The notes: generated by a model from the sequence alone, not told the origin. Shown: positions 29,418-39,596, counted from the first letter of the stretch. The stretch is 64,000 nt of DNA from an uncultured Acidobacteriota bacterium (GCA_963760165.1 CAVXBO010000005.1:11459-75458), one strand, 5' to 3'. Program-made: numbers and translations.

Positions 29418-31283
29418 TCAGGGGCAAGGGTGTTCGGGATCGTGGGCTGAACACGCCCCCCACTGGGCATTCGCGCCGGTCTCCTGTTTCGTGAATTTCA
29501 GTATTTCGTTGATTTGGGCCTTAGTTAAGCCTTTCTGTTCGCCTAGCTCCGTTACCTCTTCAGCGAAATTATCCAATATATTTTTCGTTGCCTGCGTGGC
29601 AACCTTGATTTCCTCGGGGCTCGCAGCGGCCTCGATTAGCGGATGCTCTGATGCCGATTCAAACTGATGTCGGACAATATCTTGCGCAGTATGAGATGCT
29701 TGGCCCAAGTCCACCAGCGCATCCTTGGCGTCACCTGCGACGGCTGCTTGTGCGGCGTCCAAAGTCTTGGTAAAGATGAAGTCGGTTGCCTGCTCCTTGG
29801 CTTCTTCCACGGTTTGGCCGTTGGCCGTTTCTCCATGCTGAGGGTTCTCTGCGGTTGACCAGACATGGTTTAGGTACGGCACTCCACCTGCCCAATTACG
29901 CCAGTTGTCCATGGCAGAATTAGCCTTCGCGGCAACACTGCTCGCCGCTTGGCTGTATCCAGCTGCGAGCATTGCATTCATCTGGATTCTCTCATGATCA
30001 CGGTCGAGGAAGTGCCCGCTTTGATCCCTGTACGTCACAGGATTGTTTAGGGAATAGGCATATTTGTTCCAACTCTGAGGATCAGCCAAAAACTGCTCAA
30101 GCACAAGTTGTGAGCGGGTCGGTTGCAGGGAATCTGGTGACATGAATCGTCCAATGGTAGACGAATTGTAGCGCGCGCCGAAGTCGTCGAGGCCGGATTC
30201 GGAGTCGCGTAGCTTGCCGATGAACTTGTAGATCGGACTGGTGCTGTTCACAAAAGCGTTTTCGCGGCCGAAGGGATAGAAGTCCGCGTCGTAACTCAGC
30301 GAAGCGGTGCTTCCTCCGGAGGCAATTTCCTCCACCTTCCGCGAACTCCCAAGTTGATCGGCGAAGTACCCGAAAATAATTCCAGAGGAATCCGTCGAAA
30401 GCAGCCGCGCAATGCGCTGCCCGCCGAAAAATACGTAGTCGTTCTCCACGGCTCCGGTCAGGCCGGTCTCCTCCAGCGGGTCGCTCGACGTGCCATACCA
30501 ATACAGCGTGCCATTACTCTTCTCGACGCGATTGCCGTCGCCGTCGTACGTGTAATTCACCCCTGCCGAGCTAGTGGTTATCTGGTTTTTCGCATTATAC
30601 GTGTACGTGGCTCCGCCCGTGCCCGGTATCGTCGTCAGGTTCCCTGCTGCATCGTAGGTGTATCCGCTGATCTGATTCGCCGCGGTCACGCTGACCCTCA
30701 GATTATCCGGCTGAGCGCACGAAGAATATCCCGAGGGCGATGTAATTGTGAGCAAATTGTCCCATGCGTCGATGCCGTACTGCTCACCCCAGCAGTTCGT
30801 TCCGCTGGTGTTCACACTGCCTCCGATGGAAATCCGATTCAACTGGTCGTACGTGAACGTCTGTGACCACACCGAGCCGCAATTCCCGCTGGCAATCCGT
30901 GCCAAATCATCGTGGCTGTAGGTGCACGTCTGCGTGTTTGTGCTGTTAAACGCATCCGTGATGGCGAGTTTTCCCAGCGTGCCATTTGCATTCCAAGTCA
31001 AAGCGCCGGTCACCGATTTGCCATTCACGTTAAACTGATACTGCGTAATGCGAAACGTGTTAGGGTCGAAAGTGAAAGCGTCGCTATCGGACGAACCCAA
31101 AGTCAGCGCCGTCACTTCACTGGCTGGGTTGTAGCTCGTGCTGGTGACGGGATTCTGACCACTTCCGGCGGAAACTGTGCTCACACGCCCTTCGCCATCT
31201 ACTCCGTTCGTGATTCCAGGCAGGTTGCCTAGATTGTTCGTCTCCAAGTCTGGAACTCCGTTGGCCCAGTAGCTTTGCGTCAC
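29418..31283 (-). CDS. RHS/YD-repeat protein, 5'-truncated orphan module with a C-terminal domain of unknown function
   Basis: YD repeats (YTYDAAGNLTT, YTYDGDGNRVEK) and RHS core end (FYPFGRE...FGARYNSSTIGRFMSPD...NKYAYSLNNPVTYRDQSGH). The open frame runs upstream across the repeat boundary at 31322 without a credible start. Confidence 0.85.
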   Translation of the reverse strand: MTQSYWANGVPDLETNNLGNLPGITNGVDGEGRVSTVSAGSGQNPVTSTSYNPASEVTALTLGSSDSDAFTFDPNTFRITQYQFNVNGKSVTGALTWNANGTLGKLAITDAFNSTNTQTCTYSHDDLARIASGNCGSVWSQTFTYDQLNRISIGGSVNTSGTNCWGEQYGIDAWDNLLTITSPSGYSSCAQPDNLRVSVTAANQISGYTYDAAGNLTTIPGTGGATYTYNAKNQITTSSAGVNYTYDGDGNRVEKSNGTLYWYGTSSDPLEETGLTGAVENDYVFFGGQRIARLLSTDSSGIIFGYFADQLGSSRKVEEIASGGSTASLSYDADFYPFGRENAFVNSTSPIYKFIGKLRDSESGLDDFGARYNSSTIGRFMSPDSLQPTRSQLVLEQFLADPQSWNKYAYSLNNPVTYRDQSGHFLDRDHERIQMNAMLAAGYSQAASSVAAKANSAMDNWRNWAGGVPYLNHVWSTAENPQHGETANGQTVEEAKEQATDFIFTKTLDAAQAAVAGDAKDALVDLGQASHTAQDIVRHQFESASEHPLIEAAASPEEIKVATQATKNILDNFAEEVTELGEQKGLTKAQINEILKFTKQETGANAQWGACSAHDPEHPCP

Positions 31284-31407
31284 CCAAAAGTATCCACCCG
31301 AATGCGGAGTGGACTCGTAGCCCCCCCAAATTCCGTTGAAGCTGGCTAAAGAGCGCTCTGTCGCAAAATCGAGTCATAAGCTACAATGTTTCACGAACCC
31401 CGATCAC

Positions 31408-31502
<95 letters not shown>

Positions 31503-31658
31503 GCTCAAAACCCCGATAAAAAACGCTTGGTGTGAATGCGTTCGATCACATGAACAAATCCTTTCGACGCCAATTGATTCCGTTGACCGGGCCACCGATC
31601 CAAGTGATTTCGTCCAATATTCCAATATCTGGATACGACTCGAGCCACAGATTTCCTT

Positions 31659-31898
31659 CAGCGGATCAAACAACACACGCTTGCCCTGATGGACCTTCAT
31701 GCGGGCGAGAGCGCGGCCGATATGGGATGCGGTATGGGTGAAGACGTGCGTGCTTTGGCGGTCAGGGTCGGCCCACTCGGATGCGATTGCGCCTTCCTGC
31801 TCCAGCTTCAACAGCACCGGATATAGCGTCCCTTGATTCACGGCAAGCACATCTCCGCTGATCTGTTCTATCTCCTTTTGGAAAGCAACAGGTAAATT
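31659..31898 (-). pseudogene. PadR-family regulator remnant lacking its N-terminal helix
   Basis: EIEQISGDVLAVNQGTLYPVLLKLEQEGAIASEW matches the PadR wing/recognition region. Similarity starts 8 nt from the neighbouring gene's stop. The containing ORF runs antisense through the tRNA. Confidence 0.45.
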
Positions 31899-31905
31899 GT
31901 CGGGC

Positions 31906-33330
31906 CTAAGAGATGTCGCGCAATGCCGCCCGCGCGGCCAGGTGCCCGCAGATTCCATGCACTCCGCCGCCCGGAAAAGTGGACGCCGAGCAAAAGTATA
32001 GGCCCTTGGCAGGCGTGCGATAGCCTCGCCACGTCGGCCGGAAATAGAATTGGCTTAAATCGGAAGACCCGCCGGTAATATCGCCACCAATCAGGTTTGG
32101 ATTCCGCGCTTCCAGCTGCGACGTCACCATAATGCTTCTCTTCAGGATTCTCTTGCGGAACCCCGGCGCAAATCTCTCGATTTGCGTCTCAATCCTTTCG
32201 GACATATCTACATCGGATCCGTTTGGCACATGGCAGTATGCCCACGCGATATGTTTTCCTGCGGGCGCCCGCGTTTCGTCAAACAGCGTCGGCTGCGCCA
32301 GCAGCACAAACGGCTTTTCGCAGATCTCCCGCCTCCACGGAGCGCGCTCGGACGCCTCGATTTCCTCCAGCGTCCCTCCCACATGCACCGTCCCAGCGCG
32401 CTTGCACGCTTCCGCCTTCCACGGGATCGGGCCATCGAGCGCCCAGTCCATTTTGCAAACGCCAGGGCCGTAGAGAAAACGCTCCAGCTTGCTGCGGAAT
32501 CCCGAAGGCAATCGCGCTCCTGCCATGCGCAGAAGCTGCTGCGGCGTCACGTCGCAAAGAATCATACGCGATGTGGGAAGCTCATCCAGCGACTCGACCA
32601 TTTTTCCGGTCACGATTTCTCCGCCCAGCGAGCGAAGATAAGAAGCAAGCGCATCGGTGATTTTTCGCGAACCTCCTCGTGGGAATGGCCAGCCCACTCG
32701 ATGCGCTGTAGCGGCAAAGACCAGTCCAAACGCCGCGCTGGGTATGTCCTCGAGCGGCAGAATGGAATGCGCCGCGTTTCCCGCAAACATCGCGCGCGCG
32801 CGCGGCCCGCGAAACTTTGCCCGCGCGAACCCCGACGCCGAGCGCATCGCCAGCAGGCCAAAGCGAGCCGCGGAAAAGGGGCGTTTGGGAATCATGGAGT
32901 AGCCGAGCAAAAGCGGTTCGAGCTTTGGCCAACCATTAACGATCGGCCTCATAAGCCTGCGATAACGCTTTCCGTCCTCACCTAGATCCGCAGCAGTCAC
33001 TTCCACCGAGCGGTCCACGATGACGGCGGTGCCATCATCGAGCGGATGCGCCAGCGGAATCGCAGGATGGACCCATTCCAGTCCGTGCTCCGCCAGCGGC
33101 AGCATGCGAAAGAACGGAGACATCACTCCCATGGGATGCACCGCGGAACACACATCGTGGAAAAATCCAGGCAGCGTCAGCTCTTCGGTTCGCGTCCCGC
33201 CGCCGATCGTGTCCCGTCCTTCAACGACCAGAACAGAGCGCCCCGATTGCGCGACGGTAACTGCAGCCGCGAGCCCATTCGGCCCTGAGCCAACGACTAC
33301 GGCATCATATTGACCTTGCAACGCTTTCAT
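31906..33330 (-). CDS. FAD-dependent oxidoreductase (phytoene desaturase/amine oxidase superfamily)
   Basis: YDAVVVGSGPNGLAAA...VVEGRDTIGGG dinucleotide-binding motif. Confidence 0.85.
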   Translation of the reverse strand: MKALQGQYDAVVVGSGPNGLAAAVTVAQSGRSVLVVEGRDTIGGGTRTEELTLPGFFHDVCSAVHPMGVMSPFFRMLPLAEHGLEWVHPAIPLAHPLDDGTAVIVDRSVEVTAADLGEDGKRYRRLMRPIVNGWPKLEPLLLGYSMIPKRPFSAARFGLLAMRSASGFARAKFRGPRARAMFAGNAAHSILPLEDIPSAAFGLVFAATAHRVGWPFPRGGSRKITDALASYLRSLGGEIVTGKMVESLDELPTSRMILCDVTPQQLLRMAGARLPSGFRSKLERFLYGPGVCKMDWALDGPIPWKAEACKRAGTVHVGGTLEEIEASERAPWRREICEKPFVLLAQPTLFDETRAPAGKHIAWAYCHVPNGSDVDMSERIETQIERFAPGFRKRILKRSIMVTSQLEARNPNLIGGDITGGSSDLSQFYFRPTWRGYRTPAKGLYFCSASTFPGGGVHGICGHLAARAALRDIS

Positions 33331-33711
33331 CGAAGCTCAGTTCTGCCCACGCAGCAGATTCTCATCGAAAGGGGCGTTCTGCGAGCATCACGCCGCCTTG
33401 AGCGACTGCAACCTTAACCTAAATCAATCTTCGTTTCTCGATTTTTGTGCGACACGCTTTACTTCTTCCTGCTGCTCCGAAGAAAGTCGCTGTGACGCCT
33501 GAACTTTCGAAGCAGCGCTTTGTGTCTTGCCGTCTATGCAAACTGAAACAAATGATTCACGATGCTCCGCATCATGCCCTCGCGGGCGTACCCGGCAACG
33601 CTACGGACCGCCCAATCAGTTTGATCGGTTCAGTTCGAGTGCGTGTTCTTAGGCGCGTTGTGGTATCTTGTACTGCGATTCGGCAATCACTGCTAGCCAG
33701 AGAGGGCAATA

Positions 33712-34302
33712 ATGAAACGTTTGCTGCCACTGCTATTCGTCGCCATGTGCCTTTCAGCGGCAACTTCTGGGAGCTCCACGGCCTCATCCGTTGCGAAGAA
33801 GCCTTTGCCGCAGGCCCAATCACAAAAAGCTCAGACCGTTGCTTCCGTCGCGGAGATGGAAATCAGCATCGTCGAGCAGGATTTTGTTTCTGCCGCTGAG
33901 GCCATGCCGGAGGACAAATATGACTTCGCTCCCACCAACGGCAACTTCAAAGGTGTGCGCACTTTCGCCGAAGAAGTGAAGCATGCCGCCGCCGCGAATT
34001 ACCGCATTTGGTCAGCCGCTCTGCAGCAAAAGCCGCCGATGGATCTCTCCGCCTCCAATGGCCCCGCTTCCATCACAACCAAGGCGCAGATCGTGGAATT
34101 CCTGAAGAATTCGTTTGCCCTCGGCCATCTTGCCGCCAAATCACTCACCACTGCGAACATGCTCGATCAGTTGCCCTTCGGCAACGGAAAAGCAGCCCGC
34201 TTGTTTCTGGTCACCTATCCTGTGGGGCACGCGTTTGATCACTACGGGCAAATGGTCGAATATCTGCGCATGAACGGGATTGTTCCTCCCGCGAGCCAAT
34301 AG
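33712..34302 (+). CDS. DinB-family protein with signal peptide
   Basis: Signal peptide MKRLLPLLFVAMCLSAA. H...H and HYGQMVEYLRMNG motifs of the DinB fold. Confidence 0.75.
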   Translation: MKRLLPLLFVAMCLSAATSGSSTASSVAKKPLPQAQSQKAQTVASVAEMEISIVEQDFVSAAEAMPEDKYDFAPTNGNFKGVRTFAEEVKHAAAANYRIWSAALQQKPPMDLSASNGPASITTKAQIVEFLKNSFALGHLAAKSLTTANMLDQLPFGNGKAARLFLVTYPVGHAFDHYGQMVEYLRMNGIVPPASQ

Positions 34303-34358
34303 CGAATAAGCGGCGCTTGATGAAGTCCCTGCTTCGTGCGGAGGCGCGGGAGCATTTC

Positions 34359-35279
34359 TTATTTGTTGGAATCGTACGAGCCGACTACCTGCATAAACCG
34401 TTCTACTTCCAGAATATCCTTGCCCGTGAAGCGAATGGTCGCGCCGTCTTCGCGCGTCACGTAAGGCAGAAACGCCAGTATTTCCGCGTTGATCATGTTC
34501 TTAAAAGTGATTTCAATCGTCACCGGATCGCTCACCACGTACGGATGGAATGAACCTAGGCGCGCCAGCGCTTTTTCCGTGCCATCTTTGATCATGCTTT
34601 GTGCCGTTTGCGGTGAAACGCTTTCGGCCGATTCGTAACCGAGCGCGCGCTTCACCACCACGCCCTCGATGCTCGGATCAATCGTCTTGTGCACTTCATC
34701 GATAGCCTTGTCGTCTCCGGACACCAGCACCACTGGCACGCCAAATTTCCCTGCGATCGCCGCGCACAACATCGCTTCGCTGGCATGTTTTCCATTCAGC
34801 CGCACATCGAAATACCGCGCGGAAGAGAGCGTATGAGCCCGCACCGCTTGCGGAGTGTTGATCGACGCGTGGAAGCCAATCAGGATGGCGGCGTCAAATC
34901 CTTGATCGACGCCTTCCATCATGCCCAGCGGGCGTGGACCGGAACGGACCAGACGTGCCTTGGGATTGAGTTCGTCCGGCAGAATCGAGAGCTCTTCGCC
35001 GTGCGAGTCCGCCACGGTGATTTTGTCCGCGCCCTCGGCCAGCGCTCCCTCGATCGCCGCGTTCACTTCAGCGGTCAGCAGTTTTCGGAACAGCGGATAA
35101 TCCATGCCGGAGGGCAGGAGCTGCTCTGCGTCAACGGCCCCGGCAACTCCTTCCATGTCCGCCGAAATGAACACTCGCAAGCCTTTGTGTTCCTGGCCGA
35201 AACCGGCGGTAGAAACCAGCAAACTAACGAGCGCAATCGCCCATTTCGAAATCGCTCCCGTCACCGATCGCCCCTGCAA
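34359..35279 (-). CDS. M55 family D-aminopeptidase (DppA-like)
   Basis: VFISADMEGVAG motif. Confidence 0.85.
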   Translation of the reverse strand: MQGRSVTGAISKWAIALVSLLVSTAGFGQEHKGLRVFISADMEGVAGAVDAEQLLPSGMDYPLFRKLLTAEVNAAIEGALAEGADKITVADSHGEELSILPDELNPKARLVRSGPRPLGMMEGVDQGFDAAILIGFHASINTPQAVRAHTLSSARYFDVRLNGKHASEAMLCAAIAGKFGVPVVLVSGDDKAIDEVHKTIDPSIEGVVVKRALGYESAESVSPQTAQSMIKDGTEKALARLGSFHPYVVSDPVTIEITFKNMINAEILAFLPYVTREDGATIRFTGKDILEVERFMQVVGSYDSNK

Positions 35280-35281
35280 TT

Positions 35282-36148
35282 CTAATTGTCAGCGAACCAG
35301 CGGAAGCCCGTTCGCTGCTCCTTTTCCGCTTCCCGCAAAATAGCCAGCGTCCGGCTGCGCCGGTAATTCGAGCATGCCACCAGCAGCGCGTTCAGCAGCG
35401 CCATCGCTGCAACGTAAGAACCCGCAAAAAGCGGACCCTCCGTTGGCGTCACGAAATATTCACTGGCATAACGCGCTACCGGAGAAATCGAACTGTCGGT
35501 GATGCCCACGGTGTATGCCCCTCGGCTGCGCGCTTGACGCAGCCCGTCAACGGTTTGCCGCAGGCCCCTGCGGAAGCTGATCCCGATCACCACGTCCTTC
35601 CGCGTCATCTGCCGCAGCCGGTGCGAAATTTCACCGGCGCTCGAAACAGCGATAGCGTTCACCCCGATAACCGTCAGGTTGTACTCCAGGAAGCGCGCCA
35701 GGCTTTCCGCCATGTCTCCGCCCAGGATCAAAACGTGATCCGCCATGTACAGCCGCTTCACCAGCGCCAACAAACGTTTCATATCGATGCTGTGGCTCAA
35801 TCCGCGGATATTTGCCATGTCCTGATTCAGCGATTCCTCGATGCGCCCCTCGAGGCCTGAATTGCCGCTGCTGCTTTCCAGCACGCCGAAGGGCGTTGCC
35901 TGTGCGACCGATAATTCGTGAAGATAACGCCGGAAATCGTGAAACGTGGGAAATCCCATCTCCCGCGAAATTCGCAACAGCGTGGCCGGCGCGCTATCCA
36001 ATTCCTTCGCCAGATCTCGCAGGCTGTGCAGCACATACTGGCGAGGATGCTCCAGCAATGGCCGTATCACTTCCTGTCGCTTTGCGGAAAGTGCGCGAAC
36101 CAGGCCCGGAAACCCTGAGCCCTCTTTTGCTTTCTTATTTTTGTCCAT
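35282..36148 (-). CDS. MurR/RpiR family transcriptional regulator (HTH plus SIS)
   Basis: HTH_6-like N-terminus and a SIS domain. 2-nt gap to the peptidase gene. The start may instead be at 36181. Confidence 0.85.
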   Translation of the reverse strand: MDKNKKAKEGSGFPGLVRALSAKRQEVIRPLLEHPRQYVLHSLRDLAKELDSAPATLLRISREMGFPTFHDFRRYLHELSVAQATPFGVLESSSGNSGLEGRIEESLNQDMANIRGLSHSIDMKRLLALVKRLYMADHVLILGGDMAESLARFLEYNLTVIGVNAIAVSSAGEISHRLRQMTRKDVVIGISFRRGLRQTVDGLRQARSRGAYTVGITDSSISPVARYASEYFVTPTEGPLFAGSYVAAMALLNALLVACSNYRRSRTLAILREAEKEQRTGFRWFADN

Positions 36149-36402
36149 TGGCCGAAGTGTCCTCGTTTTCAGCGGGCCCATTCTACTAGCGGTTACGTAT
36201 CTAATAACAATTATCTGCTTCAGGCAAGCAGCGCAGCGCTCGGCGGGATACCCGCACCACGAATTGAGAGCTGAACCAATTGTTTCGTGTAGCGGACCCT
36301 ACGGACGCGGCCCTCGCACGCGCATGCGTGCTTGGCACCGACGGGTCCCGGGACGCAGCAGGTCCGCGCTTTCAGTCCAAACTCCATAAATAATTCTCTG
36401 GA

Positions 36403-36432
36403 TTGCGAGCTTGCGTCATAATCTCTTATAAT
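36403..36432 (+). promoter_or_regulatory. candidate sigma70-like promoter of greA (TTGCGA-18-TATAAT)
   Basis: Hexamers at 36403-36408 and 36427-36432, implying a leader of about 95 nt. Confidence 0.4.
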
Positions 36433-36528
36433 CTAGGGGTAAACTACGCCTTTGGGGGTTCGCGAATAAAGACCACACTAGGCCGGAAGAAACGCCGCTC
36501 TCGCGGATACCGTTCTAGCAAGCGAAAA

Positions 36529-37011
36529 ATGACCGACGTCAGCGAAAAACTCAAGAAGAAACTTCAGGACGAAATCGCTCAGCTCGAACATGAGTTTCAC
36601 GACGAGTTGCCGAAAGAGCTGATGAAAGCTCGCGCCCACGGCGACTTGTCCGAAAACGCCGAGTACAAATACGCGAAGGAACGCCAATCCTTCGTCTCGG
36701 CGCGGCTCAGCCAATTGCACCAGCGCATGGCGGAAATCTCCATGGTCAATATGAACAACCTCCCGCGCGACCGCGCCGCCTATGGCTCCACCGTGCGCCT
36801 CCTCGACATTAACAAATCGCAGGAGACCGAATACAAACTTGTAACGGCTGAAGAAGCCGACGTATCCAAGGGTATGATTTCCACTTCTTCGCCCATCGGC
36901 CGTGCTCTTCTTGGGAAAAAAGTAGGCGATGAAGTGAAGGTCCAGACCCCGGCGGGCACCAAGGAATTTGAAGTCACTCGGCTGGTGACCATTTACGATG
37001 AAGTTTTGTGA
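36529..37011 (+). CDS. greA: transcription elongation factor GreA
   Basis: 160 aa from MTDVSEKLKKKLQDE. Motifs GDLSENAEYKYAKE and SPIGRALLGKKVGDEV. Confidence 0.9.
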   Translation: MTDVSEKLKKKLQDEIAQLEHEFHDELPKELMKARAHGDLSENAEYKYAKERQSFVSARLSQLHQRMAEISMVNMNNLPRDRAAYGSTVRLLDINKSQETEYKLVTAEEADVSKGMISTSSPIGRALLGKKVGDEVKVQTPAGTKEFEVTRLVTIYDEVL

Positions 37012-37067
37012 TGAGGTTTCGTGATGAAGCTTCGCGATGAAGCTTAGCGGCGTCTCGGTGGTTCCGT

Positions 37068-37808
37068 ATGCGTATTGAAGTTCTTGCTCGGCCGTTTCGC
37101 TGGCTCCTTGAGCGATCCGTCGCCGGCCTCGCTCGCGCCCGTGTTCCCGCGAGCTTCTTGACCCTCGCCAGTTTTTCCGTTTGCATTCTCGCGGGCATTC
37201 TTTTCGGTACAGGACGCTTTTTCTACGCTGGCCTGGTCATGATTCCCGCCGCAGCCTGCGATCTGCTCGCGCGCCCGCTCGCCCATCGTCAGCCTCGCGT
37301 GGATTTCTTCGGCGCCTTTCTTAAGTCCGTTCTCCATCGTTACGCGGACTTGGCTATCTTCATGGGCCTGCTTGTCTATTATTCCACCGTCAATCGCTTT
37401 CTTTACGCGCTCCTCACCGGTTTCGTGATGGCCGGCGCCGTAATGGTCAGCTACTCTCAGGCGCGCGCCGAGTCCCTCATCGAGCGCTGCCGCGTTGGTT
37501 TTTGGGAACGTCCCGAGCGCTTGGGTCTGATAATTCTGGGAGCTGTCCTGAACCGCCTGCCCATCGCGCTCGTCATTCTCGCCATCGGAACCAACTTCAC
37601 TGTGATCCATCGCATTTACCACACTTGGAAAGAGACCGAAGGAAACCGTCGCGTAGTCGAGCAGGCGGTTGTCGCTGGTCCGCCGTTCAGCGAAACGCAA
37701 TCTCCCGTCGCGGCGCGCTCGGAGTTTCGCGGTGAGCCGCCCTCCGATCAGCATCCGGACGCGCCCGTGCGCGATCTGCTCGCTCGCGCTGCCAAGCGGG
37801 GAGCCTGA
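37068..37808 (+). CDS. CDP-alcohol phosphatidyltransferase-like membrane protein (signature degenerate)
   Basis: Topology and N-terminal region resemble the family, but the DG(x2)AR...G(x3)D(x3)D positions read CDLLAR...GAFLKSVLH. Confidence 0.45.
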   Translation: MRIEVLARPFRWLLERSVAGLARARVPASFLTLASFSVCILAGILFGTGRFFYAGLVMIPAAACDLLARPLAHRQPRVDFFGAFLKSVLHRYADLAIFMGLLVYYSTVNRFLYALLTGFVMAGAVMVSYSQARAESLIERCRVGFWERPERLGLIILGAVLNRLPIALVILAIGTNFTVIHRIYHTWKETEGNRRVVEQAVVAGPPFSETQSPVAARSEFRGEPPSDQHPDAPVRDLLARAAKRGA

Positions 37809-37848
37809 GTTTGCCGCGCGTTTCCCTCGCCGCGCCCGCCATTCTGAC

Positions 37849-38751
37849 GTGAATTCGCAGAACTTTTCGCTCATCGTTCATGGCGGCGCTTGGGACATCC
37901 CTGACGCAGCCGTCCCTGATTGTCGTTCCGGCATTCGGCGTGCGCTCGAAGCTGGCCGCGAAGTCCTAGCGAAAGGCGGTGCAGCGCTCAACGCCGTGGA
38001 AGCCGCCGTGATCGTCCTTGAGGACGACATCACCTTCGACGCGGGAATTGGCGCGCACCTCAATCGCGATGGCCGCGTGCAACTGGACGCCATCATCATG
38101 GACGGCACAACTCTTAAGGCCGGCGCGGTCGCTGCCGTCGAGCGCGTCAAGAATCCTGTTCGTCTTGCCCGCAAGCTTCTGGAATCCAGCGAGCACATGA
38201 TGCTCGCCGGCGCTGGCGCCGAATTGTTCGCGCAGGAAAACGGCATTTCCCTGTGCGATCCCTCCGACCTAATCATCGAACGCGAACGCACCGCCTGGCA
38301 GCGCTGTCGCGAAGGAAATCACGAGTCCGCATTTCACTTTGGGCACAAGCACGGCACCGTCGGCGCCGTCGCGCGCGATTCCCACGGTCAAATCGCCGCA
38401 GCCACTTCTACCGGAGGCACCTGCTGCAAATTTCCCGGGCGCATTGGCGACTCGCCCTTGATTGGTTGCGGATGTTACGCGGACGCGGAGGCGGGCGGCG
38501 TTTCCTGCACTGGCCACGGCGAGGCCATCATGAAAATCGTCATGGCAAAAGCCGCCGCGGACTTGCTCCGCGGCGGTGCTGCTTCCAGCGCTGTTGCCAA
38601 CGAATGTGTCCGCCTGCTTGCTCGCCGCACGCAGAGTACCGGCGGCTTGATTCTTCTCGACCGCGAAGGCCGCCCCGCCGCTTCGTTCAACACTCCTCGT
38701 ATGGCTTACGGTTACATCGAACCGGACGGCTCATTTCTTGTTTGTCCCTAA
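37849..38751 (+). CDS. iaaA: isoaspartyl peptidase/L-asparaginase (Ntn hydrolase)
   Basis: LIVHGGAW and the autoprocessing site HGTVGAVA. GTG at 37849 is preferred over the long ORF-track start, which overlaps the previous gene. Confidence 0.85.
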   Translation: MNSQNFSLIVHGGAWDIPDAAVPDCRSGIRRALEAGREVLAKGGAALNAVEAAVIVLEDDITFDAGIGAHLNRDGRVQLDAIIMDGTTLKAGAVAAVERVKNPVRLARKLLESSEHMMLAGAGAELFAQENGISLCDPSDLIIERERTAWQRCREGNHESAFHFGHKHGTVGAVARDSHGQIAAATSTGGTCCKFPGRIGDSPLIGCGCYADAEAGGVSCTGHGEAIMKIVMAKAAADLLRGGAASSAVANECVRLLARRTQSTGGLILLDREGRPAASFNTPRMAYGYIEPDGSFLVCP

Positions 38752-38849
38752 GTCTCAACTCATTTTTCGTCGCCGCGCCAGAAAAAAAACGCCGGACCGA
38801 AGGAGGGTGATCGGCCCGGCGCAAACGAACAACCCTTTGCAAATTTTTT

Positions 38850-39596
38850 CTAACTTCGAACTGACGCGACTACTCCTGCCCACCGTCGGCGCATCCCGAA
38901 ACCCACCGCGAGCAGCCCCGTCACAAAAAGAGCAAGTGTGCCTGGTTCAGGCGTCCCCGCAGTCGCTCCGACCAGCGTGACGTTGCTTCCGCACGGCGGC
39001 GTCACGCCCGGACTTGCGCCACACGGCGAAACCAGAACCAGAAACTCGTCCTGCGCATTCAGATCGAACGTTGCCGAGTCAACATCCGGAAAGCTGCCGT
39101 CGTTCCCGAAAAATACTTTCGTGTTCGTGAGCGCAAAAGGAGTGCCTGCCGTAAACGGATTGGATCCGTAACCGAGCACTGCGAACGCCTCGCCAGGTTC
39201 CACGCTGCCGAACGTCAGCGTCATCGAGGTTGCGCCCAGCTTAAACAGATCGCTCACGTCCAGCCCCATGACGTAATCGGCGTTAGGGCCGTCCCATCCA
39301 ATTTCGTGGTCTTCCTCGCCCGCTAGTCCCAAGCCGAGTTCGAAGCTGCTATCATCCTTCTGATAAAGATCGCTCAGGCTGCAACTGGAAAGCGTATCGG
39401 TGCTGGATGGTGTGGCTGCTGAGCACTCGTAACCGTATGCCGTAATCGTCCCGCCGTTCGACGCGTAGCCCTGCGACGTACTCAGCGCCGTATCCGGACC
39501 GACAAACCCGAAATTGAAACTCACGCTGCCCGCAAATGCCGAACTGGCAGCGAAAGCCGATAAGCCCAGTACCAGTATTGCAATTCTGGTCTTCAT
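38850..39596 (-). CDS. PEP-CTERM sorting-domain secreted protein
   Basis: Signal peptide plus a C-terminal TPEPGTLALFVTGLLAVGFGMRRR. Confidence 0.8.
   Translation of the reverse strand: MKTRIAILVLGLSAFAASSAFAGSVSFNFGFVGPDTALSTSQGYASNGGTITAYGYECSAATPSSTDTLSSCSLSDLYQKDDSSFELGLGLAGEEDHEIGWDGPNADYVMGLDVSDLFKLGATSMTLTFGSVEPGEAFAVLGYGSNPFTAGTPFALTNTKVFFGNDGSFPDVDSATFDLNAQDEFLVLVSPCGASPGVTPPCGSNVTLVGATAGTPEPGTLALFVTGLLAVGFGMRRRWAGVVASVRS

Noticed and set aside
27403-31322. Search for an integrase, excisionase or conjugation genes inside the tRNA-linked island
   Set aside because: None was found. The only recombinase is the IS3 transposase, which has its own target duplication and does not explain the 124-bp repeats.
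37669-37848. 5' extension of the asparaginase ORF (track start 37669)
   Set aside because: It overlaps the preceding gene by 140 nt and adds an Arg/Ser-rich leader. An in-frame GTG at 37849 gives the family-typical N-terminus.
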